From sequence record NC_048182.1: a stretch of 64,000 nucleotides of DNA; one strand, written 5' to 3'. A program made the translations under genes and the position numbers. Positions within the stretch are counted from its first letter, which is position 1. Each line of letters opens with the position of its first letter. Under the pieces are notes generated by a model. It saw only the letters and a list, made by a program, of their open reading frames with translations. It had not been told where the DNA came from and made no database searches. Below are positions 30,175 to 40,009 of this stretch, in pieces.

Positions 30175-33100
30175 TTGATGTATACTGATCCTACTAAACC
30201 GCTACCTATAGCTACGGAAAAGAAAGATTACATTGGTGTTGTTTATAAAGCGATCATCGAAATTGGTAATGCTCGTTATAACAATACCGGTAACATGGAA
30301 TCTCTAACCGAGAAGGTAGAGGCGGAGAAAACTCTGGCCGAGCAGCGTATCGCTAAGTTTGCAAGCGATACCGATATTGACCTTAAAGCTCACACTGATT
30401 TGCGTGGACCTGTTCACGGTGAAACAAAAGAAAGCGTGGGTTTGGGTAATGTCGATAACTGGCCTATGGCAACTGTAGCCGAACATAAAACAGGAACAGT
30501 CAAGAACAAGTTTGCACACCCAGAAGGTTTGGCCGCGCTTGTTAAAGATCGATTAACGATCAACCCTGACTTATATATCAGATCGCGTATTCTTCCATTG
30601 TCTTCTGGTGGTAATCTTGGATCTGTTCCTCAGATCGATTATCGTTGGACAGATGGTGATGTTGGTGACACACTTCTTGATCCATCTCAGTACTATGGCG
30701 ACACAGGCTTCTCATTTTCCACTGAGAACGGCGTCCGTGTTTATCCTAGTATGACTGGGGCTGAAGTGCTTACGCAGGTTGTGGCGAATCCTGGACAGCC
30801 TAAAACGGCTATTACTCCGTTAGGTGGAACACAGGTTCGTGTTTACAACCGTAACATCGATATTCGTCGTATGCGTCCATCGGTATTACGAGGTTTCTCA
30901 GATGTTGAACCTCAGGGTCGACTAATCCAGTCTTCACGTAACCTATTCGATCGTTCTGCACTTTTCTATATGGAAGGCGCTAATACGATGATTCGTTCCT
31001 TTAACAAGATCCGTCTTCCTTTTGATATCTTAAAAGCACCTGGTCGTGGCAAGAACTGGGATGGTATTGTTGAGAGCCGTGAGAACACGATTTACAACAT
31101 CCGTAGCTATTTTGTAAACCAGGATCTTGGTTGGGGAAATGACATCTATTTGGTTATTAAGACCGATGGGTTTAACTTTACCGATAATGGATTGGATTCT
31201 AAGAACGGACCAGGAACAGCAGCAGAAGTTATTGCCACCCTAGGTCAGGAATTTACCACCAAGAACTATACGCTTCCTGGTAACGGTAAGTTCCATACAT
31301 TTATTCATCCAGAAGGTGGAAATGCCATCTGTATTAAGCTTCGTGATATCATTGCCTATACCGATGCTCAGAAGGCTGATTTGTGGGATGCACTAAACAC
31401 CCGTGCTGGAACATCCATTTCCTTTGCCTGGTCTAACCGTTTAAAAGGTGTCTTTACTCTACGCATCCCTGTTGGGTTCTATAGTAAAGATAAGACTAAG
31501 TATACCAGCTACTACGTTGACCTCATGTACAGCTGTACAGAGACACCAGCAACCAAAACACTGGCAATCAATATTCAAACACTGCGTACTCTGGATGACA
31601 GTCTTCAGATTCTGTCTGCTAATCTCCAGGTTAATAAAGCAGGTCGTTTCATTGAATATCCAGCAAGTGTAGCGGCTAACCCATTTGACCCTCGTGTCTT
31701 CAATGGGTCTTTCGATTCAAACGGCGGACATGTTCGTGTTTACACGATGTACAACCGCCAGTATGTAGGTTATTACCAACACAACGTGGATAGTCCATTA
31801 ACATGGATTAATAACGGTGATACGATTCGACCTAACCTTGAGAAGTATCTATTCAAGCAAATGTCGACGATCAACAACGACGGTTTCTATGGAGACCATC
31901 TTCGTCATATCCCTGTTCGTCAAACAGATTCAACGAATGAATACATAACGTTGACACGCGACTGGTTGAACGAATACCGCTGGTGTTATACCACAGTGGC
32001 CTTGGATACCGAAGTTGCTCCTGTGACTGCCGCTGGCCGGAATATAGGACCTAAGCGTATCACTAACGAGTGGTTCGATCCACCGAGTGGAGGTATTCCT
32101 TCATTCGTTATTTCCAATGAAGAATCAGCTGATGTGATTAGCTCGCTTCCTCATGTGTTTAACACCCAGAACCAGTTTAAAGGTTACGGTGTTTACCAGT
32201 TATCCAGCGATACTAAAAACCCGATTTCATTTAGTGGCGTTTTAGATATCGATGATGCAATCTTGAACTGGGTTGCTATTAACGGTGGTGGTTGGGCAAC
32301 GAGTCATAAACAGCTATTCTATTACCGTAATCAGTTGTTCTGGTTCTCTCAAACAACATCTCCTGCTGAAATTAAAGCAGATGGTACTGATTGTTACTAT
32401 GGTGTTATCACTAACATCATTATTGATACAGTGGGTACAAAGACAGTACTGAAAGTAAACGGTAACGTTGCTACTAATGCGACAGTTAAACCGCTCAAGG
32501 TAAACACTAAAGCTACCTTGTCTGTTGATCGTAAAACAATTAACGGGCTTGACTCCTTTGATGCGACTGATGTTTACATCATGCGTACTGGTGTGGCGGC
32601 TGGTGTGACTACACGCCTGTGTATGGTAAACCTTGGTCCTTTCAACAACATCTATTTACCATTTAACATCACCAGTAACTCGGCAGGCGTCTATGACATC
32701 AATCCAGTCACTACAGGACTCCTGGATCCATTCTTCACTTATGGTGCTGATGGATTTGCTGTGGACTATGATAAGCTGATTGGTTACGGTGTTAAAAGCC
32801 CAGACCGTCTGCATGTCAATATGCAGTCTCCAGTTATGTTGAATAAGGTGATGTGGACTTTAGGTAAAACCCCAGGTAACTACCAACTGTTCTCTGAAAC
32901 TCGTGGTAACTTGATTGCCAATAACGGCATCATGAATAACTACGAAGGGACATGTATTTATCCAGTTGGGTCAGTTGTTACTGTGGGTGGGTCTAACGTA
33001 CCGATTAAGAAGCCATTGATTGCAAATACGTCTGACTATCCTGATGATGAACTGATGGTGACTCTTGATGGTTCTATTCCTGTCTTGTACAGTAAACAGA

Positions 33101-35277
33101 ACAACCCTAAAGCTTATCCAATAGAACCAAACTCTGGTTGTGTTCCTGCTGGGTTCCTTCAGGGAAGTACATTCCGTTACTTTGACGCAGATGGTTGGAA
33201 GAACTCACTCCTTCCAGTGATTGATGGGTTTGCCATGAACTTCTACGGTTATGGCTCATCCTTCCCTGCATTCATGGGGACCTTTGGCGCACAAGCTCCG
33301 ATCAACCGTTTCTTCCTCCAACAGAAAGCAACTGTTCTTACTTGGAACACCTCAGTTGGCAGACGAATCAATATTGGTGCAGGTTCTAACGTTACCATTA
33401 AAGTTAACAGTGCCGCACAAACTTACGATGGGTCTGGTATCTTCAACATCCCTGGTTCCTTCACCGGAAACGTGACCGTTGAGATCACTGGTATGAGTTC
33501 TTATGTTTGGTCTGCTGGTCTGGTGGAGATCATCCAGTTTGGTTCATTGATTAGCTCTCTGAACTTTGCAGGGTGTGCCGCATTTAAATGTACTCCTACC
33601 CCTCCTGCATCGATTAAGAACTACTCTGGGCTGTTTGCAGGATCCACAGCTTCCGCCATTGATGGAATGCAAAACTGGAACGTATCCGCTGTAACGAACA
33701 TGTCGGGAATGTTCCAAGGTGCGATTAACTTTAACCAGAGTCTGAACAGTTGGAACACCAGTAACGTCACCAATATGAGCGCGATGTTCAGAGGGTGTAC
33801 GGTATATAACCAGCCAATGGGTAACTGGAACGTCGCTAAGGTAGAAACCTTTGAGAACATGTTCCGTGATGCACAGGCCTTCAACCAAGCACTTCCTTGG
33901 AACACTGCCCGTTGTTGGGTGTTCAGAAGTATGTTCAGAGGTGCATTAGCCTTTAACGGCAACATCTCTAACTGGAACGTAGGGTCTGGCGCTGACTTCA
34001 GTTACATGTTTGAAGGATGTGCTGCATTCAACATTGCACTGCAATCCTGGCGTCCTGCTTCTGCCACAACAATGAAAGGTATGTTTAAGAATACCACAGT
34101 GTTTAACAGCTTACTTACTGGCTGGTACTTCCCTGTGCTTCTCGACGTATCTGAAATGTTCATGAATGCGAAAGCATTTAACCGGTCATTAGCGGGATGG
34201 GTTACTACAAGTTGGATTAACACTGCATCCATGTTTGAAGGCACAGTTGCCTTTGGCGCAAATGGTGAGTGTCCTCTGTCCAGCTTCAACATGTCTAAAG
34301 TTACCAATGCTTATCGCATGTTTAACGGTTCTAACTTTAACTCTGCTATCAGTGTTTGGAGTTTTGGTTCTGCTGCTAACATTGCTGAGATGTTTGGTCA
34401 CACTACTAACTTCAACCAGTCTGTCGCTGATTGGGATGTTAGTAACGTTCTTAATGCCGCTAACATGTTTAACCACGCTGCTGCCTATAACAAAGATATG
34501 GGCGGTATGAATTGGGTTGGATGCGCTGACTTCACAGGTATGTTCCAAGAGACAACTGTATTCGATGGTGATTTGTCAAATTGGACGTTCATGGAAAGTG
34601 GTGAGATTGTTACTGAGAGTATGTTTGCCGGAGCCAAAGCCTTCACAGGTAAAGGTCTCGAAACCTGGGACACTATTAGCTTTGTTAATATGTCCGGAAT
34701 GTTCAAATCAGCCCTTGCCTTTAATGGGAATGTGAGTTCTTGGAATGTCTCTAACGTTATTACGTTCTTTGAAGCATTCTACGAAACTACGGTATTTGAT
34801 CAAGACCTTAGTTCATGGACTCCGGTTTCTGGTGTTAACTTCAGAAACATGTTCAGATTGGCAATTGTCTTCAATTGTGATCTGGATAGTTGGAATATGT
34901 CCAACGCTACAGACATTTCGGATATGTTCCGTGAAGCTGCTGCGTTTAATGGATTGGTCGGAACGTGGGATACTTCTAACGTAACTGTGATGAACGGAAC
35001 GTTTGTATCTGCGGTATCGTTTAACCAAGACGTGAGTGAATGGGATACTTCTAAAGTTACCAACTTTACTCAAACATTCGGTGGTTGTCCATTATTCAAT
35101 CAGGATATCTCTGGTTGGGACACAGGTGAAGCAACTACCATGGAAGGAATGTTCAATGGTGCTGCTGCGTTCAACCAGGACCTTTCTGGATGGAACGTGG
35201 CCAAAGTTACTAACCATATTAACTTTGACACTAACACAACGGCTTGGGTGCTACCTAAACCAAACTTCGTATCATAA
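30175..35277 (+). CDS. tail fibre protein, paralog 3, with a C-terminal DUF285/BspA-like repeat domain
   Basis: 1700 aa. N-terminal H..LRGPVHGETKESVGLGNVDNWPMAT fibre motif; the C-terminal ~540 aa are W-x-x-S-x-V-T-x-M-x-x-M-F...F-N repeats. Confidence 0.75.
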   Translation: MMYTDPTKPLPIATEKKDYIGVVYKAIIEIGNARYNNTGNMESLTEKVEAEKTLAEQRIAKFASDTDIDLKAHTDLRGPVHGETKESVGLGNVDNWPMATVAEHKTGTVKNKFAHPEGLAALVKDRLTINPDLYIRSRILPLSSGGNLGSVPQIDYRWTDGDVGDTLLDPSQYYGDTGFSFSTENGVRVYPSMTGAEVLTQVVANPGQPKTAITPLGGTQVRVYNRNIDIRRMRPSVLRGFSDVEPQGRLIQSSRNLFDRSALFYMEGANTMIRSFNKIRLPFDILKAPGRGKNWDGIVESRENTIYNIRSYFVNQDLGWGNDIYLVIKTDGFNFTDNGLDSKNGPGTAAEVIATLGQEFTTKNYTLPGNGKFHTFIHPEGGNAICIKLRDIIAYTDAQKADLWDALNTRAGTSISFAWSNRLKGVFTLRIPVGFYSKDKTKYTSYYVDLMYSCTETPATKTLAINIQTLRTLDDSLQILSANLQVNKAGRFIEYPASVAANPFDPRVFNGSFDSNGGHVRVYTMYNRQYVGYYQHNVDSPLTWINNGDTIRPNLEKYLFKQMSTINNDGFYGDHLRHIPVRQTDSTNEYITLTRDWLNEYRWCYTTVALDTEVAPVTAAGRNIGPKRITNEWFDPPSGGIPSFVISNEESADVISSLPHVFNTQNQFKGYGVYQLSSDTKNPISFSGVLDIDDAILNWVAINGGGWATSHKQLFYYRNQLFWFSQTTSPAEIKADGTDCYYGVITNIIIDTVGTKTVLKVNGNVATNATVKPLKVNTKATLSVDRKTINGLDSFDATDVYIMRTGVAAGVTTRLCMVNLGPFNNIYLPFNITSNSAGVYDINPVTTGLLDPFFTYGADGFAVDYDKLIGYGVKSPDRLHVNMQSPVMLNKVMWTLGKTPGNYQLFSETRGNLIANNGIMNNYEGTCIYPVGSVVTVGGSNVPIKKPLIANTSDYPDDELMVTLDGSIPVLYSKQNNPKAYPIEPNSGCVPAGFLQGSTFRYFDADGWKNSLLPVIDGFAMNFYGYGSSFPAFMGTFGAQAPINRFFLQQKATVLTWNTSVGRRINIGAGSNVTIKVNSAAQTYDGSGIFNIPGSFTGNVTVEITGMSSYVWSAGLVEIIQFGSLISSLNFAGCAAFKCTPTPPASIKNYSGLFAGSTASAIDGMQNWNVSAVTNMSGMFQGAINFNQSLNSWNTSNVTNMSAMFRGCTVYNQPMGNWNVAKVETFENMFRDAQAFNQALPWNTARCWVFRSMFRGALAFNGNISNWNVGSGADFSYMFEGCAAFNIALQSWRPASATTMKGMFKNTTVFNSLLTGWYFPVLLDVSEMFMNAKAFNRSLAGWVTTSWINTASMFEGTVAFGANGECPLSSFNMSKVTNAYRMFNGSNFNSAISVWSFGSAANIAEMFGHTTNFNQSVADWDVSNVLNAANMFNHAAAYNKDMGGMNWVGCADFTGMFQETTVFDGDLSNWTFMESGEIVTESMFAGAKAFTGKGLETWDTISFVNMSGMFKSALAFNGNVSSWNVSNVITFFEAFYETTVFDQDLSSWTPVSGVNFRNMFRLAIVFNCDLDSWNMSNATDISDMFREAAAFNGLVGTWDTSNVTVMNGTFVSAVSFNQDVSEWDTSKVTNFTQTFGGCPLFNQDISGWDTGEATTMEGMFNGAAAFNQDLSGWNVAKVTNHINFDTNTTAWVLPKPNFVS
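33658..35250 (+). repeat. ~21 tandem ~25-aa DUF285/BspA-like repeats
   Basis: WNVSAVTNMSGMFQGAINFNQSLNS / WNTSNVTNMSAMFRGCTVYNQPMGN / ... / WDTGEATTMEGMFNGAAAFNQDLSG, counted by hand. Confidence 0.85.
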
Positions 35278-35283
35278 CAAACA

Positions 35284-35319
35284 CCCTACCCTTCCTTTCG
35301 GAGGGGTAGGGGTTATGTT
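35284..35319. terminator. bidirectional terminator (identical to 19733..19768)
   Basis: CCCTACCCTTCC-TTTC-GGAGGGGTAGGGGTTATGTT between convergent genes. Confidence 0.85.
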
Positions 35320-35326
35320 TTGTTTG

Positions 35327-36304
35327 TTATTCAGGTACGGATGTTTTACTTCCACCAGACTGTACGTTACCATGACGGTGACCGAGGTAACGAATGTTGT
35401 CGATAGTCCAGCCGCCTTCAACGCTACCGGCACCACCCATTTGACTGAAGGAACCTTGAACTGCAACAGGACCTTCAACAGAGTAACTACCTTTCTGGTT
35501 ATAATTACCTTCGTGGGTTATATTCCCTTGAATCAGAATTTCAGGAGACACCCAAGTGCTTTTCTTAGTGTTGATCTTAATGGAGTTGTCTGCCTTAATA
35601 GTAAGGTCAGTGCACTGCATATCAATCTTCTCTTTGCCTTTGAGCAACATGTTGCGCTCACAAGAAAGAGTAATATCTTTCTTTTCAATATTAATGAAAG
35701 ACTTCTCATCATTGATAAAAGAGAAAGCATGTTCCATAGAGTTAATGGATAGGATATTGTTCTCACCATCTACAATACCAAACTGAGCATTACCGGTATC
35801 TAAACTGATTACATAACTGGTTGGTTCACCATTACCCTGACCGGTTACTAACTGAATCATTTTCTTATGAGAGCTAATCATAAAGATATAATAGTTCTCA
35901 GGAGTAACTGGTGTGTTCTCATTAACCTTAGGAGAAGCAGAGAAGGCGTAGATAACAGTTTCAAGACGTAACGTACCGTCCATACCAAAGTAAGTCCACA
36001 GATATTTATTAGTACCTTGGAATTTATAGACGACTACTTTAGAACCTTTACGCACATCTGGAGAGGTTACACGGTTAGTATTTAACGCCATCCATTTACA
36101 TGGAACCGAGTTACTCTGTAAAGTAGTACTGGAGGATGCATCTCCTGCAGGTGATTCAGTATCTACTTTTTTAGTTTCAGCTGTGGTTGTAACTTCGCCA
36201 TCGGCTTCTGGGAAATGCAACGGTAAGTACACTTGTATTTCGTCTGTGTCAGTGTCTTTATCCATTGCAACTACGCCAACGCCGTAGCATTCTAAGACAT
36301 TCAT
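35327..36304 (-). CDS. baseplate central spike / tail tip protein (gp5/gpV/gp138-like)
   Basis: 325 aa: an OB-fold-like N-terminus, repeated short beta-strands (beta-helix), and C-terminal YLGHRHGNVQSGGSKT carrying the HxH metal-binding tip of contractile-tail spikes. Confidence 0.75.
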   Translation of the reverse strand: MNVLECYGVGVVAMDKDTDTDEIQVYLPLHFPEADGEVTTTAETKKVDTESPAGDASSSTTLQSNSVPCKWMALNTNRVTSPDVRKGSKVVVYKFQGTNKYLWTYFGMDGTLRLETVIYAFSASPKVNENTPVTPENYYIFMISSHKKMIQLVTGQGNGEPTSYVISLDTGNAQFGIVDGENNILSINSMEHAFSFINDEKSFINIEKKDITLSCERNMLLKGKEKIDMQCTDLTIKADNSIKINTKKSTWVSPEILIQGNITHEGNYNQKGSYSVEGPVAVQGSFSQMGGAGSVEGGWTIDNIRYLGHRHGNVQSGGSKTSVPE

Positions 36305-36329
36305 TATTGAGCCCCTTTAGAGGTTTTCC

Positions 36330-38807
36330 ATGATCACCAAATTGATCGTAAAGAATTTGACACCATTAGCAAAGAAAGGTGTCACCTACGTTGAACTAGA
36401 TACCAAAGATATCTTCAACGTAGTAGTGGGTCGTAATGGGTTTGGTAAAACCTCTCTCCTGAGAGAACTTACTCCATATCCGCCTGACAATGCCGATTAT
36501 GGTCCAGGTGGTTATAAAGAAAGCCATCACGTTATTGGGAAGGATACTTATATCCTTAAGTCCACTACCGGTAAGTCTTCTGAACATGAGTTCATCCACA
36601 ACGGTAAGAACCTGAATGAAGGTAACACATTATTGGTTCAACGTGAGTTGGTAAAGATTCACTTTGGTGTTACGCCGTTTATTAAAGATGTCATTACTGG
36701 GTTAGACGTACGTGACTTATTCACTACTTTGTCCTCAGCCCGCCGTAAAGACTTCTTGATGGCTGTTAACCCAAACGATACCACTTATGCGTTGAAAGTG
36801 TTTGATAAGCTCAAATCGAATCTGAACGCGCTTAAAGGTGGGTTAAAAACTCAACGCCAACGTTTGGTTGTTGAAGAAAGCCGTTTATCACAATTAGCTG
36901 GAATGGAGCCGGATAAACTCCAGCAAGAAATCCGCGTAATGGATGATCAGATTAAGAACGCTCTGATTATTCATGGACAACTGCAACACGTTCAGCGTTC
37001 TGATTTACAACCGATTAAGAATGAGATAGCTAACATTATTTCATTCCTGATTGGCGCTAACCATTCGGTTAAACACACTCGTAACACTCTGTACTCCATG
37101 AGACAACGTCATGAAGATTCATTGGGTTATTATAAGGACAACGAGATTCGGTTAACAGCAATGTTGAGTGAAGTTACTACTCAGCTTGCAGGGTTGGACG
37201 GAAAGAACAACCTGGATGGTTACAAGAAAGCTTTAGCAAACAGTGAACTGTCTTTAGCCTTGAACATTGATGAATTAGAAATGATTGAACGTCGTTTCAA
37301 AATGCATGAACTGTTTAAGGATGTGTATAGTGATGGTAACTTCTATCTACAAGTTGAAGAGTTAATTTCTTTGCTCTTCTCTGTGGAGCAGTGTTACGAT
37401 AAGGAAATCACATCTGACAAGTATCGTCGTGCACAGACTAAGCTAAAAGAGTTTCAAAATGAGCTGGAAACTAACAAGCATCACGCTAATGAAATTCGTC
37501 ATACCTTAAACCACTTTAATAAAGCGGAATCGGTAGACTGCCCTAAGTGTGCAACTAAATTTAAAGTTGGTTTTGCTGACGTTAATATCCCTCAGCTAAC
37601 ATCTCGTTTAGAAGCTCATGACAAACGTGTTGAAGAACTCCAGGAGTTAGTAAAACGCGGAGAGAGTTACCTGGAGCTTAACCAAGGTTGGTATGAAAGT
37701 ATGGCTGGTCTGATGCGTTACGCCCAACGCTCAGATTACGGTAACTTGATTGTCAAACTGATTAGTGAGTATAATGTCGGTAAAGGTGACATTATGGTTC
37801 TCATTGATCTACTCCGGAGCACAGCTCAGTATGCGGACATCACGAAGACTATTAATGTTCTCAAAGAGGAAATTGAAAACGTCTCTAAACAGATCAAGTT
37901 TTTGGAATCCAGTGATATCGAAACCTTGTTCAAACGGGCAGCTTATATTGAGCGCGAACTTGCAGCCAGTCAAGCAGGTGTTAGACGAGCACTCAACAGT
38001 ATCTCCGACGTTGACTCCCAGCTCGGAACCATTACTCTTGATGAACAAAAAAGAGACCGCTTAAGTATTCTGCTGGATGAACTGAATGAGAAGTTAAATG
38101 AGAATGGGAAATACCGAATTAAGAACAGGGTTGAAGAAATCATCTCTGAACTGACTCCGCGTAAAGACTCATTAATCAGTAACCTTATTCGATCTGAATC
38201 TCTAAACTCAGTAATTCAATCTATTAAAGAAAACATTGCTGACATGGAGAAACGTGAAAAGCACACTATTTTATTAATGGAGGGACTATCACCTGTAAAA
38301 GGTTTGATTGGTTATTTGATGAACGACTTCTTGAAGTCAGTTGTAGCGAACGTCAATGCAATCATTCAGCCTATCTGGACTAACCGTTTACATGTACTCA
38401 ACTGCTCCACCAGTAAGTCCGAAGAAGATGTGGATTTAAACTACAGCTTCCCAGTTCTGTCCGGTGGTTCAGACAAACCAAATAAAGACATTGGTATGTG
38501 TTCAGGTGGTGAGCGGGAAATCATTAACTTTGCATTCCGTTTGGTCCTTCGTCGTTATTTGGGTGACCGTTGTGGTTTACCATTGATGATGGATGAAGTG
38601 GGTGTGGCGTTTGATGAATTACACCGTGGTCGTTTCTGTGCTTATATTGCTGAACAACTTCGTTTGGATAAAATGCCTCAAGTCTTTATGATTTCACACA
38701 GCCATAAAGAAATCGCTGCCGCTGTTAACGATGCAAACTTTATTGCATTGAACACAGAAGGGTTACGTTTAGGTTTTGAACTGAACAAGAAAAGTAAATT
38801 TAAATAA
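36330..38807 (+). CDS. sbcC: SbcC/Rad50-like SMC-family ATPase (phiKZ gp165-like)
   Basis: Walker A GRNGFGKTS, long coiled coil with a CPKC zinc hook, signature CSGGERE, Walker B LMMDE, H-loop SH. Confidence 0.9.
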   Translation: MITKLIVKNLTPLAKKGVTYVELDTKDIFNVVVGRNGFGKTSLLRELTPYPPDNADYGPGGYKESHHVIGKDTYILKSTTGKSSEHEFIHNGKNLNEGNTLLVQRELVKIHFGVTPFIKDVITGLDVRDLFTTLSSARRKDFLMAVNPNDTTYALKVFDKLKSNLNALKGGLKTQRQRLVVEESRLSQLAGMEPDKLQQEIRVMDDQIKNALIIHGQLQHVQRSDLQPIKNEIANIISFLIGANHSVKHTRNTLYSMRQRHEDSLGYYKDNEIRLTAMLSEVTTQLAGLDGKNNLDGYKKALANSELSLALNIDELEMIERRFKMHELFKDVYSDGNFYLQVEELISLLFSVEQCYDKEITSDKYRRAQTKLKEFQNELETNKHHANEIRHTLNHFNKAESVDCPKCATKFKVGFADVNIPQLTSRLEAHDKRVEELQELVKRGESYLELNQGWYESMAGLMRYAQRSDYGNLIVKLISEYNVGKGDIMVLIDLLRSTAQYADITKTINVLKEEIENVSKQIKFLESSDIETLFKRAAYIERELAASQAGVRRALNSISDVDSQLGTITLDEQKRDRLSILLDELNEKLNENGKYRIKNRVEEIISELTPRKDSLISNLIRSESLNSVIQSIKENIADMEKREKHTILLMEGLSPVKGLIGYLMNDFLKSVVANVNAIIQPIWTNRLHVLNCSTSKSEEDVDLNYSFPVLSGGSDKPNKDIGMCSGGEREIINFAFRLVLRRYLGDRCGLPLMMDEVGVAFDELHRGRFCAYIAEQLRLDKMPQVFMISHSHKEIAAAVNDANFIALNTEGLRLGFELNKKSKFK

Positions 38808-38842
38808 CATGGCGGGTTCGTCCCGCCAGAGGAATAGCCGAA

Positions 38843-39409
38843 ATGAAATTAATCCCTGTCTTTAAAGATTCAGAATCTATGGACAAGAACTTGTTTGTCC
38901 CCACAGCCATCAAAAAACCAACAAGATCTCCATTCCCAGAAGACGGTAAATATAGCCGAACTTTCTTTACGTCTTTTATTAAGCCAGGTAAAGTTCCTAA
39001 CCTGCTTAAGTTATGTAGTCTCGATGGGGTAACTTGGGGATCTGCTATCTCGGTAGCTGGGGAAGTAAAGGTTACCAGTCTATTGGTTCGAATCACGATG
39101 GGTGATAAAGCTTATTACGGCACTATCAATGGAGATCCGACTACTGGTTTACTCAGTCTTAAAAAGACCAGTGGTAGCGAACGCGTTTACGCATTCAGAG
39201 AAGACATAATGCCTGAGAATGCATTGGTCATTTTTGAATATCCCGAACCTAATTACGGATACGATATTAGTGTTCCTCGATTACCTCTTGACATCACATT
39301 TGACGCTACCAGCTATACTCTTACTTTAAAAGAGTCTGCAGTTGGAACGGTATCTCTTGTGGGTATCGCTGTTGAAATTGAAACTGTAGAAAATAAGGAT
39401 AACTCATGA
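38843..39409 (+). CDS. hypothetical protein (paralog family with 39406 and possibly 45200)
   Basis: 188 aa; TSFIKPGKVPNL motif. Confidence 0.75.
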   Translation: MKLIPVFKDSESMDKNLFVPTAIKKPTRSPFPEDGKYSRTFFTSFIKPGKVPNLLKLCSLDGVTWGSAISVAGEVKVTSLLVRITMGDKAYYGTINGDPTTGLLSLKKTSGSERVYAFREDIMPENALVIFEYPEPNYGYDISVPRLPLDITFDATSYTLTLKESAVGTVSLVGIAVEIETVENKDNS

Positions 39410-39963
39410 ATAAGCTGTTCCCCATCGCTAATAAAACAACCCGTCATCTGTTTGTTGATCCTGCTCTTGCACGTCCATCTTTCATTTCTGGTGAAGGGTA
39501 TGTTAGCGGTGAAATGACCAGCTTCATCAAACCAGGGAAAGTTCCTAACCTGGCGTTACTGTGTCAACCCGAAGATGTTAAGTTCACCGTTACGGAAGAA
39601 CCTAGCGTCGACACTATGAAAGTAACTGATATCTTGTTTGGTGCTTTTAACAGTGATAACCAATGGACGGTGTGTCTTCTTCGTGAAGTTAAAGCGCAGT
39701 TGGCTAAAGACGGTCCTGCACGCTCTGTCCTTGATGGTCATGTTGTTATTAATCCTGACCATAACAGTGTCGTTGATGGGATCACAGGAGAGCCTGTCAA
39801 TCTGGGCGATGAACCGGTAATGATTCCAATCGACCTGTTGTATGAGCGTGGTACTCGTGGTCTTACTCTGAAGCCGGTTGAAGGTGTAGGTATTGATACT
39901 GGTAAGCCTCAGATCCTGGGGATTAAACTCGATCTGGACTGGATCGATTCAAAGTCTGTTTAA
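39406..39963 (+). CDS. hypothetical protein (paralog of 38843)
   Basis: 185 aa; TSFIKPGKVPNL motif; ATGA overlap with the previous gene. Confidence 0.75.
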   Translation: MNKLFPIANKTTRHLFVDPALARPSFISGEGYVSGEMTSFIKPGKVPNLALLCQPEDVKFTVTEEPSVDTMKVTDILFGAFNSDNQWTVCLLREVKAQLAKDGPARSVLDGHVVINPDHNSVVDGITGEPVNLGDEPVMIPIDLLYERGTRGLTLKPVEGVGIDTGKPQILGIKLDLDWIDSKSV

Positions 39964-39970
39964 TAAAACA

Positions 39971-40009
39971 CATGGAGGCTTACCAGGATTCGTTCTGGTG
40001 GGCTTCATG
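39971..40009 (+). terminator. long hairpin / terminator
   Basis: CATGGAGGCTTACCAGGA-TTCG-TTCTGGTGGGCTTCATG. Confidence 0.6.

Noticed and set aside
33658-35250. Possible diversity-generating retroelement or CRISPR-like array in the repeat region
   Set aside because: The repeats are at protein level with degenerate DNA. I saw no reverse transcriptase, no template/variable repeat pair with adenine-specific mismatches, and no constant repeat-spacer pattern in the window.
35036-35752. 238-aa + strand ORF spanning the fibre end and the terminator
   Set aside because: It crosses a bidirectional terminator and is antisense to the spike gene; no SD and no protein-like composition
36330-38807. SbcC without an adjacent SbcD as a novel system
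   Set aside because: In phiKZ-like phages the SbcD-like nuclease is typically encoded elsewhere, so this is not unusual
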